From contig NZ_CP011304.1 in assembly GCF_000981785.2 (NCBI RefSeq), forward strand, positions 3,630,001 through 3,662,000: DNA of 32,000 nt, in the 5' to 3' direction. Source of the DNA: Microcystis aeruginosa NIES-2549 (GTDB lineage Bacteria > Cyanobacteriota > Cyanobacteriia > Cyanobacteriales > Microcystaceae). Of this stretch, positions 1-7,363 are shown piece after piece. Numbering within the stretch: the stretch's first letter is position 1; every line of letters starts with the position of its first letter. Position numbers and translations under genes: made by a program. Below the pieces are notes generated by a model, which searched no databases, was not told where the DNA came from, and worked only from the letters and a program-made list of their open reading frames with translations.

Positions 1-467
1 AATAACACGATCACCTGGGATTCAAAGGTGCCGAAACGTCTTAGATAGGCCGATTGATTGCGCGGTCCCCAAGAATTAGCCGAAGCATTGAGAACTTCCA
101 CCGAACCCGTCAGATTTTGGCCTAAATTTTTGGTGATTAAAGCAGCAATGGTCTCTTTTTGATCTGTCCACCAGGAGCCATTAGCGATCGAATCACCGAT
201 TAACATTATTCTCGTCGTCTCCGGGGGCCGTTGGGGTGTAATCGGATCGCTCCGCATCGAATACTGATTAACGGCGATAAAATTGGAAAACCGGCGCGTT
301 TGTTGATTAGGAGCCAAAAGATAGCCAATTTCGGCATCAGCTTTGTAAATAAGCGGATTACCGAACCCGAAGACAATTCTTAAAATAGCCTCAAGGAGAA
401 GGCCAAGGGCGAAAAGAACGCCTAGAATGATTAAAGACAGCCGAATGATACCAATTTCTAATAACAC
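1..467 (-). CDS. SGNH/GDSL-family hydrolase, 5' part only (gene runs off the window start)
   Basis: Minus-strand open frame from GTG at 467-465, with an in-frame TGA just upstream at 500-498, continuing past position 1. Translation VLLEIGIIRLSLIILGVLFALGLLL...TTRIMLIGDSIANGSWWTDQKE...VLNASANSWGPRN has an N-terminal hydrophobic helix and the GDS block I of SGNH esterases. It is absent from the ORF track because it lacks a stop inside the window. Confidence 0.55.
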   Translation of the reverse strand, partial: MLLEIGIIRLSLIILGVLFALGLLLEAILRIVFGFGNPLIYKADAEIGYLLAPNQQTRRFSNFIAVNQYSMRSDPITPQRPPETTRIMLIGDSIANGSWWTDQKETIAALITKNLGQNLTGSVEVLNASANSWGPRNQSAYLRRFGTFESQVIVL

Positions 468-489
468 GGATAGATGAGAGTTCGCTAAT

Positions 490-1810
490 TTTTGACATCC
501 TCACCGCCGTAAACGGACGGTGATTCCCAAACCTCACGATTTGAGTTTCTGCTTCTTTCCCGAAGGATTTTTCGCACCTGCCTTAACAGATTTACTCTGT
601 TCTGGTCATCAGGTCGCTCTACAGACTGACACCGCAAGCCCTGCGGCCAAAATATTTTTACTGGCGTTAATATCTCGGTCATGGTGAGTCCCACAGTCTG
701 GACAGTCCCATTCTCGAATATTTAACGGCATTTTTTCAGCAATATACCCGCAATTACTACACCTTTTAGAGCTAGGAAACCATCTATCTATTTCGATGTA
801 ATTTCTCCCATACCAACGGCATTTATAGGCTAATTGTCGGGTAATTTCTCCCCAACTAACGTCAGATATTGCCTGAGATAATTTAGGGTTTTTGACCATA
901 TTCTTGACGGCTAAATTCTCAACCACAATCGTTTGATTTTCACGAACTAATTGAGTGGTTAGCTTATGTAAATGGTCTTTTCTGTTATCAGTAATTTGAG
1001 CGTGAATCTTGGCTACTTTGATTCTTGCCTTTTCCCGATTTTTTGACCCTTTCTGTTTTCGAGAAAGATTTTTCTATGCTCTTCGCAACCTCTGATAATG
1101 TTTCTTAAAATGCTTAGAATTAGATACTTTATCGCCGTCGCTGGTAATCACAATGCTACTAATTCCTAAGTCAATTCCAATGGCTTTATCTGTTACTGGT
1201 AATGGCTTAATTGTTGGGTCATCAAATCTTATTGAGATATGCCAACGTCCAGAAGGATGTAATCTGACTGTTACTGTGCTTGGTTCACATCCGTCTGGTA
1301 TTTGTCTTGACCATCGAATAGGTAAAGGTTCTGTGCATTTAGCTAAATAGATTTGTCTGTCTTTAAATTTAAAAGCAGATTTGGTAAATTCGGCACTTCC
1401 TCCCTGATGTTTTTTCTTAAAGTTAGGATACTTAGTACGACCAGAAAAGAAATTGTTAAAAGCTGTTTGTAGGTGTCTTAACCCTTGTTGTAAAGGTACA
1501 CAGCTAACTTCGTTTAAAAAGTCTAATTCTTCTTGTTTTTTCCAATCGGTCAACATTGAAGAAGTTTGAGCATAGCCTACTCTTTCTTGCTTTTCGTACC
1601 AAGCTTGTGTTCGTTCGTGGAGAGCTTTATTGTAAACCAATCTTACACATCCCAAAGTGCGCCGCAATAGCGACTCTTGTTCGGGTGTTGGGTAAAATCG
1701 GTAAGAATAGGCTTTTTCCATGTCTTATATTTTAGCATATATTTCGTAAATGTGCTAATATTTAACAGCAAAGCCGCCGTAAAACGGCGGGGTTTCAGAC
1801 CCAAATTTTC
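490..1810 (-). mobile_element. IS200/IS605-family insertion sequence, tnpB-only (IS1341-like); ends approximate
   Basis: A TnpB/OrfB coding region is flanked by related subterminal hairpins on the same strand: 502-522 (CACCGCCGTAAACGGACGGTG) and 1774-1790 (CCGCCGTAAAACGGCGG). No Y1 transposase (tnpA) ORF lies between them. Exact termini cannot be set by eye. Confidence 0.7.
609..1721 (-). pseudogene. tnpB: tnpB (RNA-guided nuclease of IS200/IS605) interrupted by a single in-frame TAG
   Basis: ORFs 1074..1721 and 609..926 are in the same frame. The stretch between them reads through as ...HYQRLRRA*KNLSRKQKGSKNREKARIKVAKIHAQITDNRKDHLHKLTTQLVRENQTIVVENLAVKNM... The N-terminus MEKAYSYRFYPTPEQESLL is typical of OrfB. 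RuvC-like D (GIDLG), E (VVENL) and D (HDRDINASKNI) and the zinc finger CSNCG...CPDCG are all present. The only defect seen is TAG at 1076-1074. Confidence 0.85.
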
Positions 1811-1831
1811 GATGAAAAGGAGTTAAGGGCA

Positions 1832-1966
1832 ATGTCAGACTTAAATCGTGGCATTATGAAATTCGAGGGAGCCGATAAACCGGCAGTAGTGGCGATATCG
1901 TCGATTATCGTCATCGGTAGTATTATTGCTCTGATCCTTTGGGCAATGAAAGTCGCCTACATCTAG
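1832..1966 (+). CDS. small hypothetical membrane protein (44 aa)
   Basis: ATG at 1832 is preceded by AAAGGAG (1817-1823). Translation MSDLNRGIMKFEGADKPAVVAISSIIVIGSIIALILWAMKVAYI* has one clear C-terminal TM helix. It is below the ORF-track size cut-off, and I do not recognise a family. Confidence 0.35.
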   Translation: MSDLNRGIMKFEGADKPAVVAISSIIVIGSIIALILWAMKVAYI

Positions 1967-2000
1967 TTAGGGTTTGCGGCAAAAAGTTTCTCGTGGGGGC

Positions 2001-2035
2001 AGGGTGTAGGGTGTAGGGTGTAGGGTGTAGGGTTT
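2001..2035 (+). repeat. tandem heptamer (AGGGTGT)x4 + AGGGTTT; G-triplet array
   Basis: Direct reading gives AGGGTGTAGGGTGTAGGGTGTAGGGTGTAGGGTTT, preceded by GGGGG at 1995-1999. Confidence 0.9.
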
Positions 2036-2348
2036 TACCCATTTTCATCTGGTAAATTACCTAATTTTCAGGGAAAAAGTCCCTAAAATTTCCCCCCGAT
2101 CCCTCCAATGGCGGGTACTTTTTGATTTCCCAAAAGTCTAAAAGTCTTACCCAACAAGGTTTAGATTTATTCAGCAACATCTAGTTAACTAGATTATTTC
2201 GCTCACTTTTGGCATCACTCAGTTTAAGTTTCTTGCCATCACGATCTCACCTCTTGTCCCCTTGAGCCTGTAGGATAGGGTCAAGGGAGAAATTGCTAGT
2301 TCCCTCTATTGCGCTTGCTAGTCACACTCGACTCGAAACAGATCATCG

Positions 2349-4340
2349 ATGAGCAGATCAACTTCTGTTTTAACAGAACTGTTGCAGTTACTCCCCCAAT
2401 GGCGATCGCAGATGTACTTCAAAGTATCCCTGACCGCGCTATCCCACGCCATGGAGGATCAGGTTTTAGCGGAAGACGATCAACCATTAGTGATTGCCAG
2501 TTTTCAGCGTGAGCGCTTTTATCGTCAAGAGGCCCATCGCTATCGACGCATTGCCCACAAAAGCGGGCAAGTTTATGTTTTGTCCGCCCCAGAAACCGAT
2601 TTTAAGCATAGTTCCGACATTTACGAGACGATCGCTTTTCAACCGGAGGACAGTTTAGCCCAAGAATGGCATCTAGTGGTTATCGGTCACCATTATGCTA
2701 GTTGTTTGATCTGTCGGGAACGAACCCATCTGGTAGCCGAAGGGGAAAATAGGGCAGCTATGGATAATAATCGCCGTTTTGAGGGGATTTGGACGAGCGA
2801 TCGCCATGTAAGTCAACAGGCGGCCCAAATTCTTTTAAATCATATTCTCGATTATCGTCCTGAACTGGCGGAGAAAATTAGGCGCGCTCAAGAAGAATAC
2901 CTGATCTGTGAACTGACGGACAGGGACCATCAAGAGGAACCAGATCCCTTTGTCCAGCGATTGGTCACTTATTTGCAAGCGGGACAGTATAAACTGCTGA
3001 AAGCCAATCGTTCCCTAGCATCGAAAGAACACAAGGAAAGACTGATCAACTCGGTGACAGCGGCGATCCGTCGTTCCCTCGATCCGGAAGATATCCTCCA
3101 GGTGGCAGTGCGGAAATTGGGCGAGGGATTAGGGGTCTGTCGCTGCGTGGTCTATCGTTGTAAGGAAGCCGACATTAACGCCACCATCGAACACGAATTT
3201 TTAAACTCCGGCATTAGTTCCATCAAAGGACAAAAATGGCCCCTGAAAAATAATCCTCTTTTTCAGGAAGTGCTGGAATTGAGAGAATCCCTGAAAATCG
3301 AAGACGCTATTCACGATCCCCGTCTCCCCGGCGATTCCATTCAAAATCTCGTGCGGGAATGTTCCATCTATTCCTGGTTATTAGTGCCGATTTTTTACCA
3401 AAGTCGTCTCTTGGGAATGTTGGAACTGCATCACTGTGGACCCGATACCACCACTTGGAAAAGCGAGGATGTCGCCCTTGTGGATGCGGTGGCCACTCAA
3501 ATCGGAGTCGCCCTCATTCAAGCAGAAGCCTACGCTAATTTACAGGATTTAAACGAACAATTAGCCGCCCTCGATCGCACTCGTTCTAATTTAGTCGCCA
3601 TTACCGGCCACGAATTACGCACCCCCCTCTCCACCATTCAAGTCTGTCTAGAAAGTTTGGCCTCGGAACCGGATATGCCCGCGGAAATGCGCCAAATTAT
3701 GCTTGATACTGCCCTGAAAGATGCGGAACGAATGCGTAAATTAATCCAAGATTTTTTAACTCTTTCTCGCTTAGAAAGTGGCCGGGTTAATTGGAATCCC
3801 GAAGCTTTATCCCTATCGGAATGTGTGGAATTAGCCATCAGTCACGTTCACTCCTGCAATCTCGACAACGAAAACCCACAAATTATCAATCTTGTCCCCC
3901 CTAATCTGCCCTTTGTTTTAGCCGATGGCGAGTGGTTGGTGGAATTACTCTCCAAACTTCTCGATAATGCCTGTAAGTTTACCGGACGGGAGGGAAATGT
4001 CTCGATCGAAGTCGCTTCGGGAAAACCAAAAACTCTAGAAGTAACCATTTCTGACACTGGACGCGGCATCGAACCCAATCTTTTAGAACAGGTTTTTGAT
4101 CGCTTTTACCAAGAGGAGGGGGCCCTGCGACGCAGTGCCGGGGGAACCGGTTTAGGACTGGCTATCTGTCGTCAGATCGTTAATGGTTGGGGCGGCGAAA
4201 TTTGGGCAGAATCGAGGGGCAAAAATAACGGCAGTCAGTTTCATTTTACTATTCCAATATTTAAAGATAAAACTAACGATAATCCCCCAAATACCGCTCC
4301 GAAAAAATCCTCCCGTCGTCCTGCTAGTAAACGTAAATAG
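2349..4340 (+). CDS. sensor histidine kinase with N-terminal DICT-like domain and GAF domain
   Basis: 663-aa ORF. The N-terminal region (ASFQRERFYRQEAHRYRRIA...WHLVVIGHHYASCLICRE) resembles the DICT sensory domain. A central GAF-like segment is present (LGVCRCVVYRC...SWLLVPIFYQSRLLGMLELHH). Kinase motifs: H-box ITGHELRTPLSTI, N box LLDNACKFT, G boxes DTGRGI and GGTGLGLAI. Confidence 0.9.
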   Translation: MSRSTSVLTELLQLLPQWRSQMYFKVSLTALSHAMEDQVLAEDDQPLVIASFQRERFYRQEAHRYRRIAHKSGQVYVLSAPETDFKHSSDIYETIAFQPEDSLAQEWHLVVIGHHYASCLICRERTHLVAEGENRAAMDNNRRFEGIWTSDRHVSQQAAQILLNHILDYRPELAEKIRRAQEEYLICELTDRDHQEEPDPFVQRLVTYLQAGQYKLLKANRSLASKEHKERLINSVTAAIRRSLDPEDILQVAVRKLGEGLGVCRCVVYRCKEADINATIEHEFLNSGISSIKGQKWPLKNNPLFQEVLELRESLKIEDAIHDPRLPGDSIQNLVRECSIYSWLLVPIFYQSRLLGMLELHHCGPDTTTWKSEDVALVDAVATQIGVALIQAEAYANLQDLNEQLAALDRTRSNLVAITGHELRTPLSTIQVCLESLASEPDMPAEMRQIMLDTALKDAERMRKLIQDFLTLSRLESGRVNWNPEALSLSECVELAISHVHSCNLDNENPQIINLVPPNLPFVLADGEWLVELLSKLLDNACKFTGREGNVSIEVASGKPKTLEVTISDTGRGIEPNLLEQVFDRFYQEEGALRRSAGGTGLGLAICRQIVNGWGGEIWAESRGKNNGSQFHFTIPIFKDKTNDNPPNTAPKKSSRRPASKRK

Positions 4341-4378
4341 CGGCCAGTTGCCCGTTTAGTTTTGGCTCTTTACTCGTG

Positions 4379-4485
4379 ATACTAAATCCAGTTATTAAAA
4401 ACTGATTATGTATTCCCCCTTTTGCCTCTTGCCTCTTGCCTTTTGCCTATCCTGATATGTAGCATATACTTAACGGATTTAGTAT
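4379..4485. mobile_element. MITE-like element, copy 1 (terminal inverted repeats ATACTAAATCC / GGATTTAGTAT)
   Basis: The 107-bp unit begins ATACTAAATCCAGTTATTAAAAACTGATTATGTATTCCCCCTTTTGC and ends ACTTAACGGATTTAGTAT. A near-identical start and end recur at 7344-7438. Confidence 0.6.
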
Positions 4486-4610
4486 GACTTCCTATGCCTT
4501 TTCTTCATCAAAAACTAAATAAAAAAGCATTAAAAAAGAAGCATCAAATACCCAAGATATATAATAAACTTAAAAGAGTAATCAATTAGTCGTTTTTAGG
4601 TGAAAAAATT

Positions 4611-5816
4611 ATGGGACGCGCCAAGAGAGTGGTTTTAGCTTATTCCGGAGGAGTCGATACTTCCGTTTGTATTCCCTATCTCAAACAGGAATGGGGAGTG
4701 GAAGAAGTGATTACCCTAGCCGCCGATTTAGGACAGGGAGACGAATTAGGCCCGATTCAAGAAAAGGCCCTGCGCTGCGGAGCGATCGAATCCTTAGTAG
4801 TCAATGCTCAGGAAGAATTCGTCAAAGAATACGCTTTTCCCTCAATTCAAGCTAATGCTCTCTACGAAAATCGTTATCCCCTTTCTACCGCCCTGGCTCG
4901 TCCTTTAATCGCTAAATTATTAGTAGAGGCCGCCGAGAAATACGGGGCCGATGCCGTCGCTCACGGCTGCACCGGCAAAGGTAACGATCAAGTGCGTTTT
5001 GATGTGGGCATTATGGCCCTCAATCCTAGTTTAAAAGTTCTCGCTCCCGCCAGGGAATGGGGCATGAGCCGGGAAGAAACCATCGCCTACGGGGAAAAAT
5101 TCGGGATCGAGTCCCCCGTGAAAAAATCCTCGCCTTTTAGTATCGATCGTAACCTGTTGGGCCGCAGTATTGAAGCCGGTCCTTTGGAAGATCCGATGAC
5201 GGAACCCCCGGAAGAAATCTATCTCATGACCAAAGCGATCGCCGATACTCCCAACGAGCCGGAATACGTCGATATTGGTTTTAATCAGGGAATTCCCGTC
5301 AGTTTAAACGGAGAAAATCTCGATTCTGTCACGCTCATTAGTCAATTAAATGACCTAGTGGGTAAACACGGTGTTGGTCGGTTAGATATGATCGAAAACC
5401 GGGTAGTGGGAATTAAATCGCGAGAAATTTACGAGGCCCCAGCTTTATTAGTTTTAATTGATGCTCACCGGGACTTAGAAAGTTTGACTTTAACTGGAGA
5501 TGTTACCCAATATAAACGGGGAATTGAAGAGACCTACGGACAGTTAATTTATAAAGGATTGTGGTACAGTCCCTTAAAGGAAGCGATCGATGCTTTTATC
5601 CTCAAAACCCAAGAACAGGTAACGGGATCGGTGCGAGTCAAACTGTTTAAAGGTAACGCTAAAGTGGTCGGTCGTCAGTCAGTCAATTCCATCTATTCTC
5701 CCGATTTAGCTACCTACGGGGCCGAGGATCAATTTGATCATAAAGCTGCCGAAGGTTTCATCTATGTTTGGGGATTACCCAGCAAAGTTTGGGCTGAAAA
5801 AACTAGAGGGAAGTAA
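4611..5816 (+). CDS. argG: argininosuccinate synthase
   Basis: 401-aa ORF with the N-terminal ATP-pyrophosphatase motif [10 protein letters not shown] and the [12 protein letters not shown] signature. Full length is typical of ArgG. Confidence 0.97.
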   Translation: MGRAKRVVLAYSGGVDTSVCIPYLKQEWGVEEVITLAADLGQGDELGPIQEKALRCGAIESLVVNAQEEFVKEYAFPSIQANALYENRYPLSTALARPLIAKLLVEAAEKYGADAVAHGCTGKGNDQVRFDVGIMALNPSLKVLAPAREWGMSREETIAYGEKFGIESPVKKSSPFSIDRNLLGRSIEAGPLEDPMTEPPEEIYLMTKAIADTPNEPEYVDIGFNQGIPVSLNGENLDSVTLISQLNDLVGKHGVGRLDMIENRVVGIKSREIYEAPALLVLIDAHRDLESLTLTGDVTQYKRGIEETYGQLIYKGLWYSPLKEAIDAFILKTQEQVTGSVRVKLFKGNAKVVGRQSVNSIYSPDLATYGAEDQFDHKAAEGFIYVWGLPSKVWAEKTRGK

Positions 5817-5865
5817 TCAACAATTCTCCCCTAAGTAAGTGGTTTTTAATTCAGATCCTCCCAAG

Positions 5866-5893
5866 GTAGGGTTAATTCATGAATTAACCCTAC
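5866..5893. repeat. 28-nt perfect palindrome GTAGGGTTAATTCATGAATTAACCCTAC (REP-like hairpin or terminator after argG)
   Basis: Perfect inverted repeat 50 nt after the argG stop. A second family member lies at 29069-29096. Confidence 0.8.
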
Positions 5894-5921
5894 TATGACT
5901 GGACCAGGGGGGAATCAACAA

Positions 5922-5982
5922 ATAACTGATTTAAATTTGATCACCGATTTTATCAGACTTAGGATTGTTAATAAAATTAAAT
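5922..5982 (+). pseudogene. fragment of a relE/parE-family toxin gene (codons ~12-31)
   Basis: ATAACTGATTTAAATTTGATCACCGATTTTATCAGACTTAGGATTGTTAATAAAATTAAAT matches 8806-8866 of the intact toxin gene with a few substitutions. It translates ITDLNLITDFIRLRIVNKIKYN* versus ITDLDLITDFIRLRILNKIKW. Confidence 0.65.
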
Positions 5983-6011
5983 ATAACTAATGAAATTACT
6001 TTTTTAGAACC

Positions 6012-6427
6012 ATGCCAGCAAAAGATATTTACCATGAAGCCGTGAAAAATGCCTTAATTAAAGACGGTTGGAGTATTTTAGCTGATCCTGATAAAATTAA
6101 ATATAAAGATGTTGAATTTTTGCTGATTTAGCAGCAGAAAAACCTTTGGCTGCTGAAAGAAATGGACGTAAAATTGTTGTGGAAATCAAAAGCTTTTTAA
6201 GTCCCTCACCTATGAGATATTTTGAAATAGCTTTAGGACAATATATTTTATATCGAAATTTAATCAGTCTTACCGAACCAGAATATCAAATTTATCTAGC
6301 CATTAAAGACAGCATTTATGAAAATTTTTTCCAACGAGAATCAATTCAGGATATTGTGAAAATAAATCAATTACTTTTGCTGGTTGTTGAGATGGAAAAG
6401 GAGAAAATTTTACAATGGATAGACTAG
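6012..6427 (+). pseudogene. xisH: xisH-family gene (XisH, fdxN-element excision controlling factor family) with a frameshift in a T5 run
   Basis: ATG 6012 gives MPAKDIYHEAVKNALIKDGWSILADPDKIKYKDVEF, then LLI* with stop 6129-6131. Shifting one base at T5 (6117-6121) continues ADLAAEKPLAAERNGRKIVVEIKSFLSP... to the stop at 6427. The combined length of ~137 aa is typical of XisH. Confidence 0.75.
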
Positions 6428-6756
6428 AAAAATATCGCAATGCCATTAAAAAAGTATTAACAGAATATCACGAATGGGTTTCTGGTTCTGCTAATTTAGA
6501 TCAAGAAAGTTGTCTGGTTTTTGACGAGATACATGATCAGTATTTTTGGCTTTTTATGGGTTGGGAAGGCAAGAAAAAAATCAGGAATATTCAAGTCCAT
6601 ATTAGGATTAAAAATGAGAAGATTTATATTGAGGAGGATTGGACAGAGGAAGGTATCGCTACGGAATTATTAAGGGAGGGTATTTCTAAAGAAGATATAG
6701 TTTTAGCTTTTTACGATCTGGAAACTCGTAAGTTAACTGGGTTTGCTGTGAGTTAA
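6415..6756 (+). CDS. xisI: XisI family protein
   Basis: 113 aa, MDRLEKYRNAIKKVLTEYHEW...DQYFWLFMGWEGKKKIRNIQVHIRIKNEKIYIEEDWTEEGIATELL, typical of XisI. It overlaps the end of xisH by 13 nt, the usual xisH-xisI arrangement. Confidence 0.85.
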   Translation: MDRLEKYRNAIKKVLTEYHEWVSGSANLDQESCLVFDEIHDQYFWLFMGWEGKKKIRNIQVHIRIKNEKIYIEEDWTEEGIATELLREGISKEDIVLAFYDLETRKLTGFAVS

Positions 6757-6782
6757 GTTCTCGGTAAATCTTGCCTCGAAAT

Positions 6783-6834
6783 CTGAGGTTGATAAAAGAA
6801 GCTTAAAGGAGCTATTCTGTTACTTTTTAACCAG
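6783..6834 (+). pseudogene. fragment covering an antitoxin 3' end plus relE/parE toxin codons 1-9
   Basis: CTGAGGTTGATAAAAGA...GCTTAAAGGAGCTATTCTGTTACTTTTTAACCAG aligns to 8738-8800. It carries an ~11-nt internal deletion, and the toxin start ATG is changed to AGG. Confidence 0.55.
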
Positions 6835-6905
6835 TTTATCCCTATGGGTAACAAAAATTTGAGGTATAATTATAATATCTCTATAAACCCGCATAAAAAA
6901 AGTTT

Positions 6906-7292
6906 ATGGCTATTTCAATTACTTTAACTTTACCTGATGAGATTTTTAATCTAGCTCAATCCTTAGCCCATTCAATTAACCGTGATCTTAATGATATATT
7001 AGTAGAAGCGATAGCTTTTTCTATTAGTCCCAATTATCAAGGCGAAAAAATCTCATCCCTAAATTCATTATCAGATGAAGAAATTATCAAATTAACTCAA
7101 TTACAAATGGCATCAGAACAGGATCAAAGATTAAGCGAGTTGCTCAATCAACAACAAGAGAGGGATTTATCAACCTTTGAAAATACGGAACTTTGGTCAT
7201 TGATGCAAATTTATCAAATAAACTTGTTAAAGAAGGCACAAGGATTAAATGAAGCGGTTAAAAGAGGATTAATTTCACCCTTAGAAGCATGA
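6906..7292 (+). CDS. hypothetical protein (128 aa, helical; possible ribbon-helix-helix-like N-terminus)
   Basis: Clean ORF in an AT-rich accessory patch. Its stop overlaps the next ATG (ATGA at 7289-7292). No family is recognised with certainty. Confidence 0.55.
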   Translation: MAISITLTLPDEIFNLAQSLAHSINRDLNDILVEAIAFSISPNYQGEKISSLNSLSDEEIIKLTQLQMASEQDQRLSELLNQQQERDLSTFENTELWSLMQIYQINLLKKAQGLNEAVKRGLISPLEA

Positions 7293-7363
7293 ATCCTGTC
7301 CCTATTCCCGACTATATTAAAGATAAAATTCGCCAACAAGCTAATACTAAATCTGGTTATTAA
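7289..7363 (+). pseudogene. 5' remnant of a gene truncated by MITE insertion
   Basis: It is translationally coupled by an ATGA overlap. MNPVPIPDYIKDKIRQQA then runs into the MITE terminal repeat at 7344 and stops after NTKSGY*. The N-terminal pattern is reminiscent of small HNH endonucleases (weak inference). Confidence 0.35.

Noticed and set aside
485-694. Short ORFs 485..694 (-) and 1153..1350 (+) inside the IS605-family element
   Set aside because: One overlaps the tnpB 3' end and right end in another frame, and the other is antisense to tnpB. tnpB explains the region.
2309-2512. 67-aa ORF overlapping the kinase start. The same class includes internal or antisense ORFs 3638..3838, 3848..4078, 4667..4855, 8289..8480, 11874..12122, 12267..12452, 12814..13014, 13484..13681, 13942..14202, 15318..15608, 16310..16498, 16706..16948, 17384..17692, 17987..18244, 26678..26902, 27461..27679, 29646..29897, 29702..29884 and 29878..30066.
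   Set aside because: All are embedded in, or antisense to, long ORFs with clear family signatures, and none has motifs of its own.
4482-4495. GTA-N8-TAT, a near NtcA half-consensus, formed partly by the MITE right terminus upstream of argG
   Set aside because: It is an imperfect site with non-canonical spacing to any -10-like hexamer. Such matches are expected by chance in AT-rich DNA.
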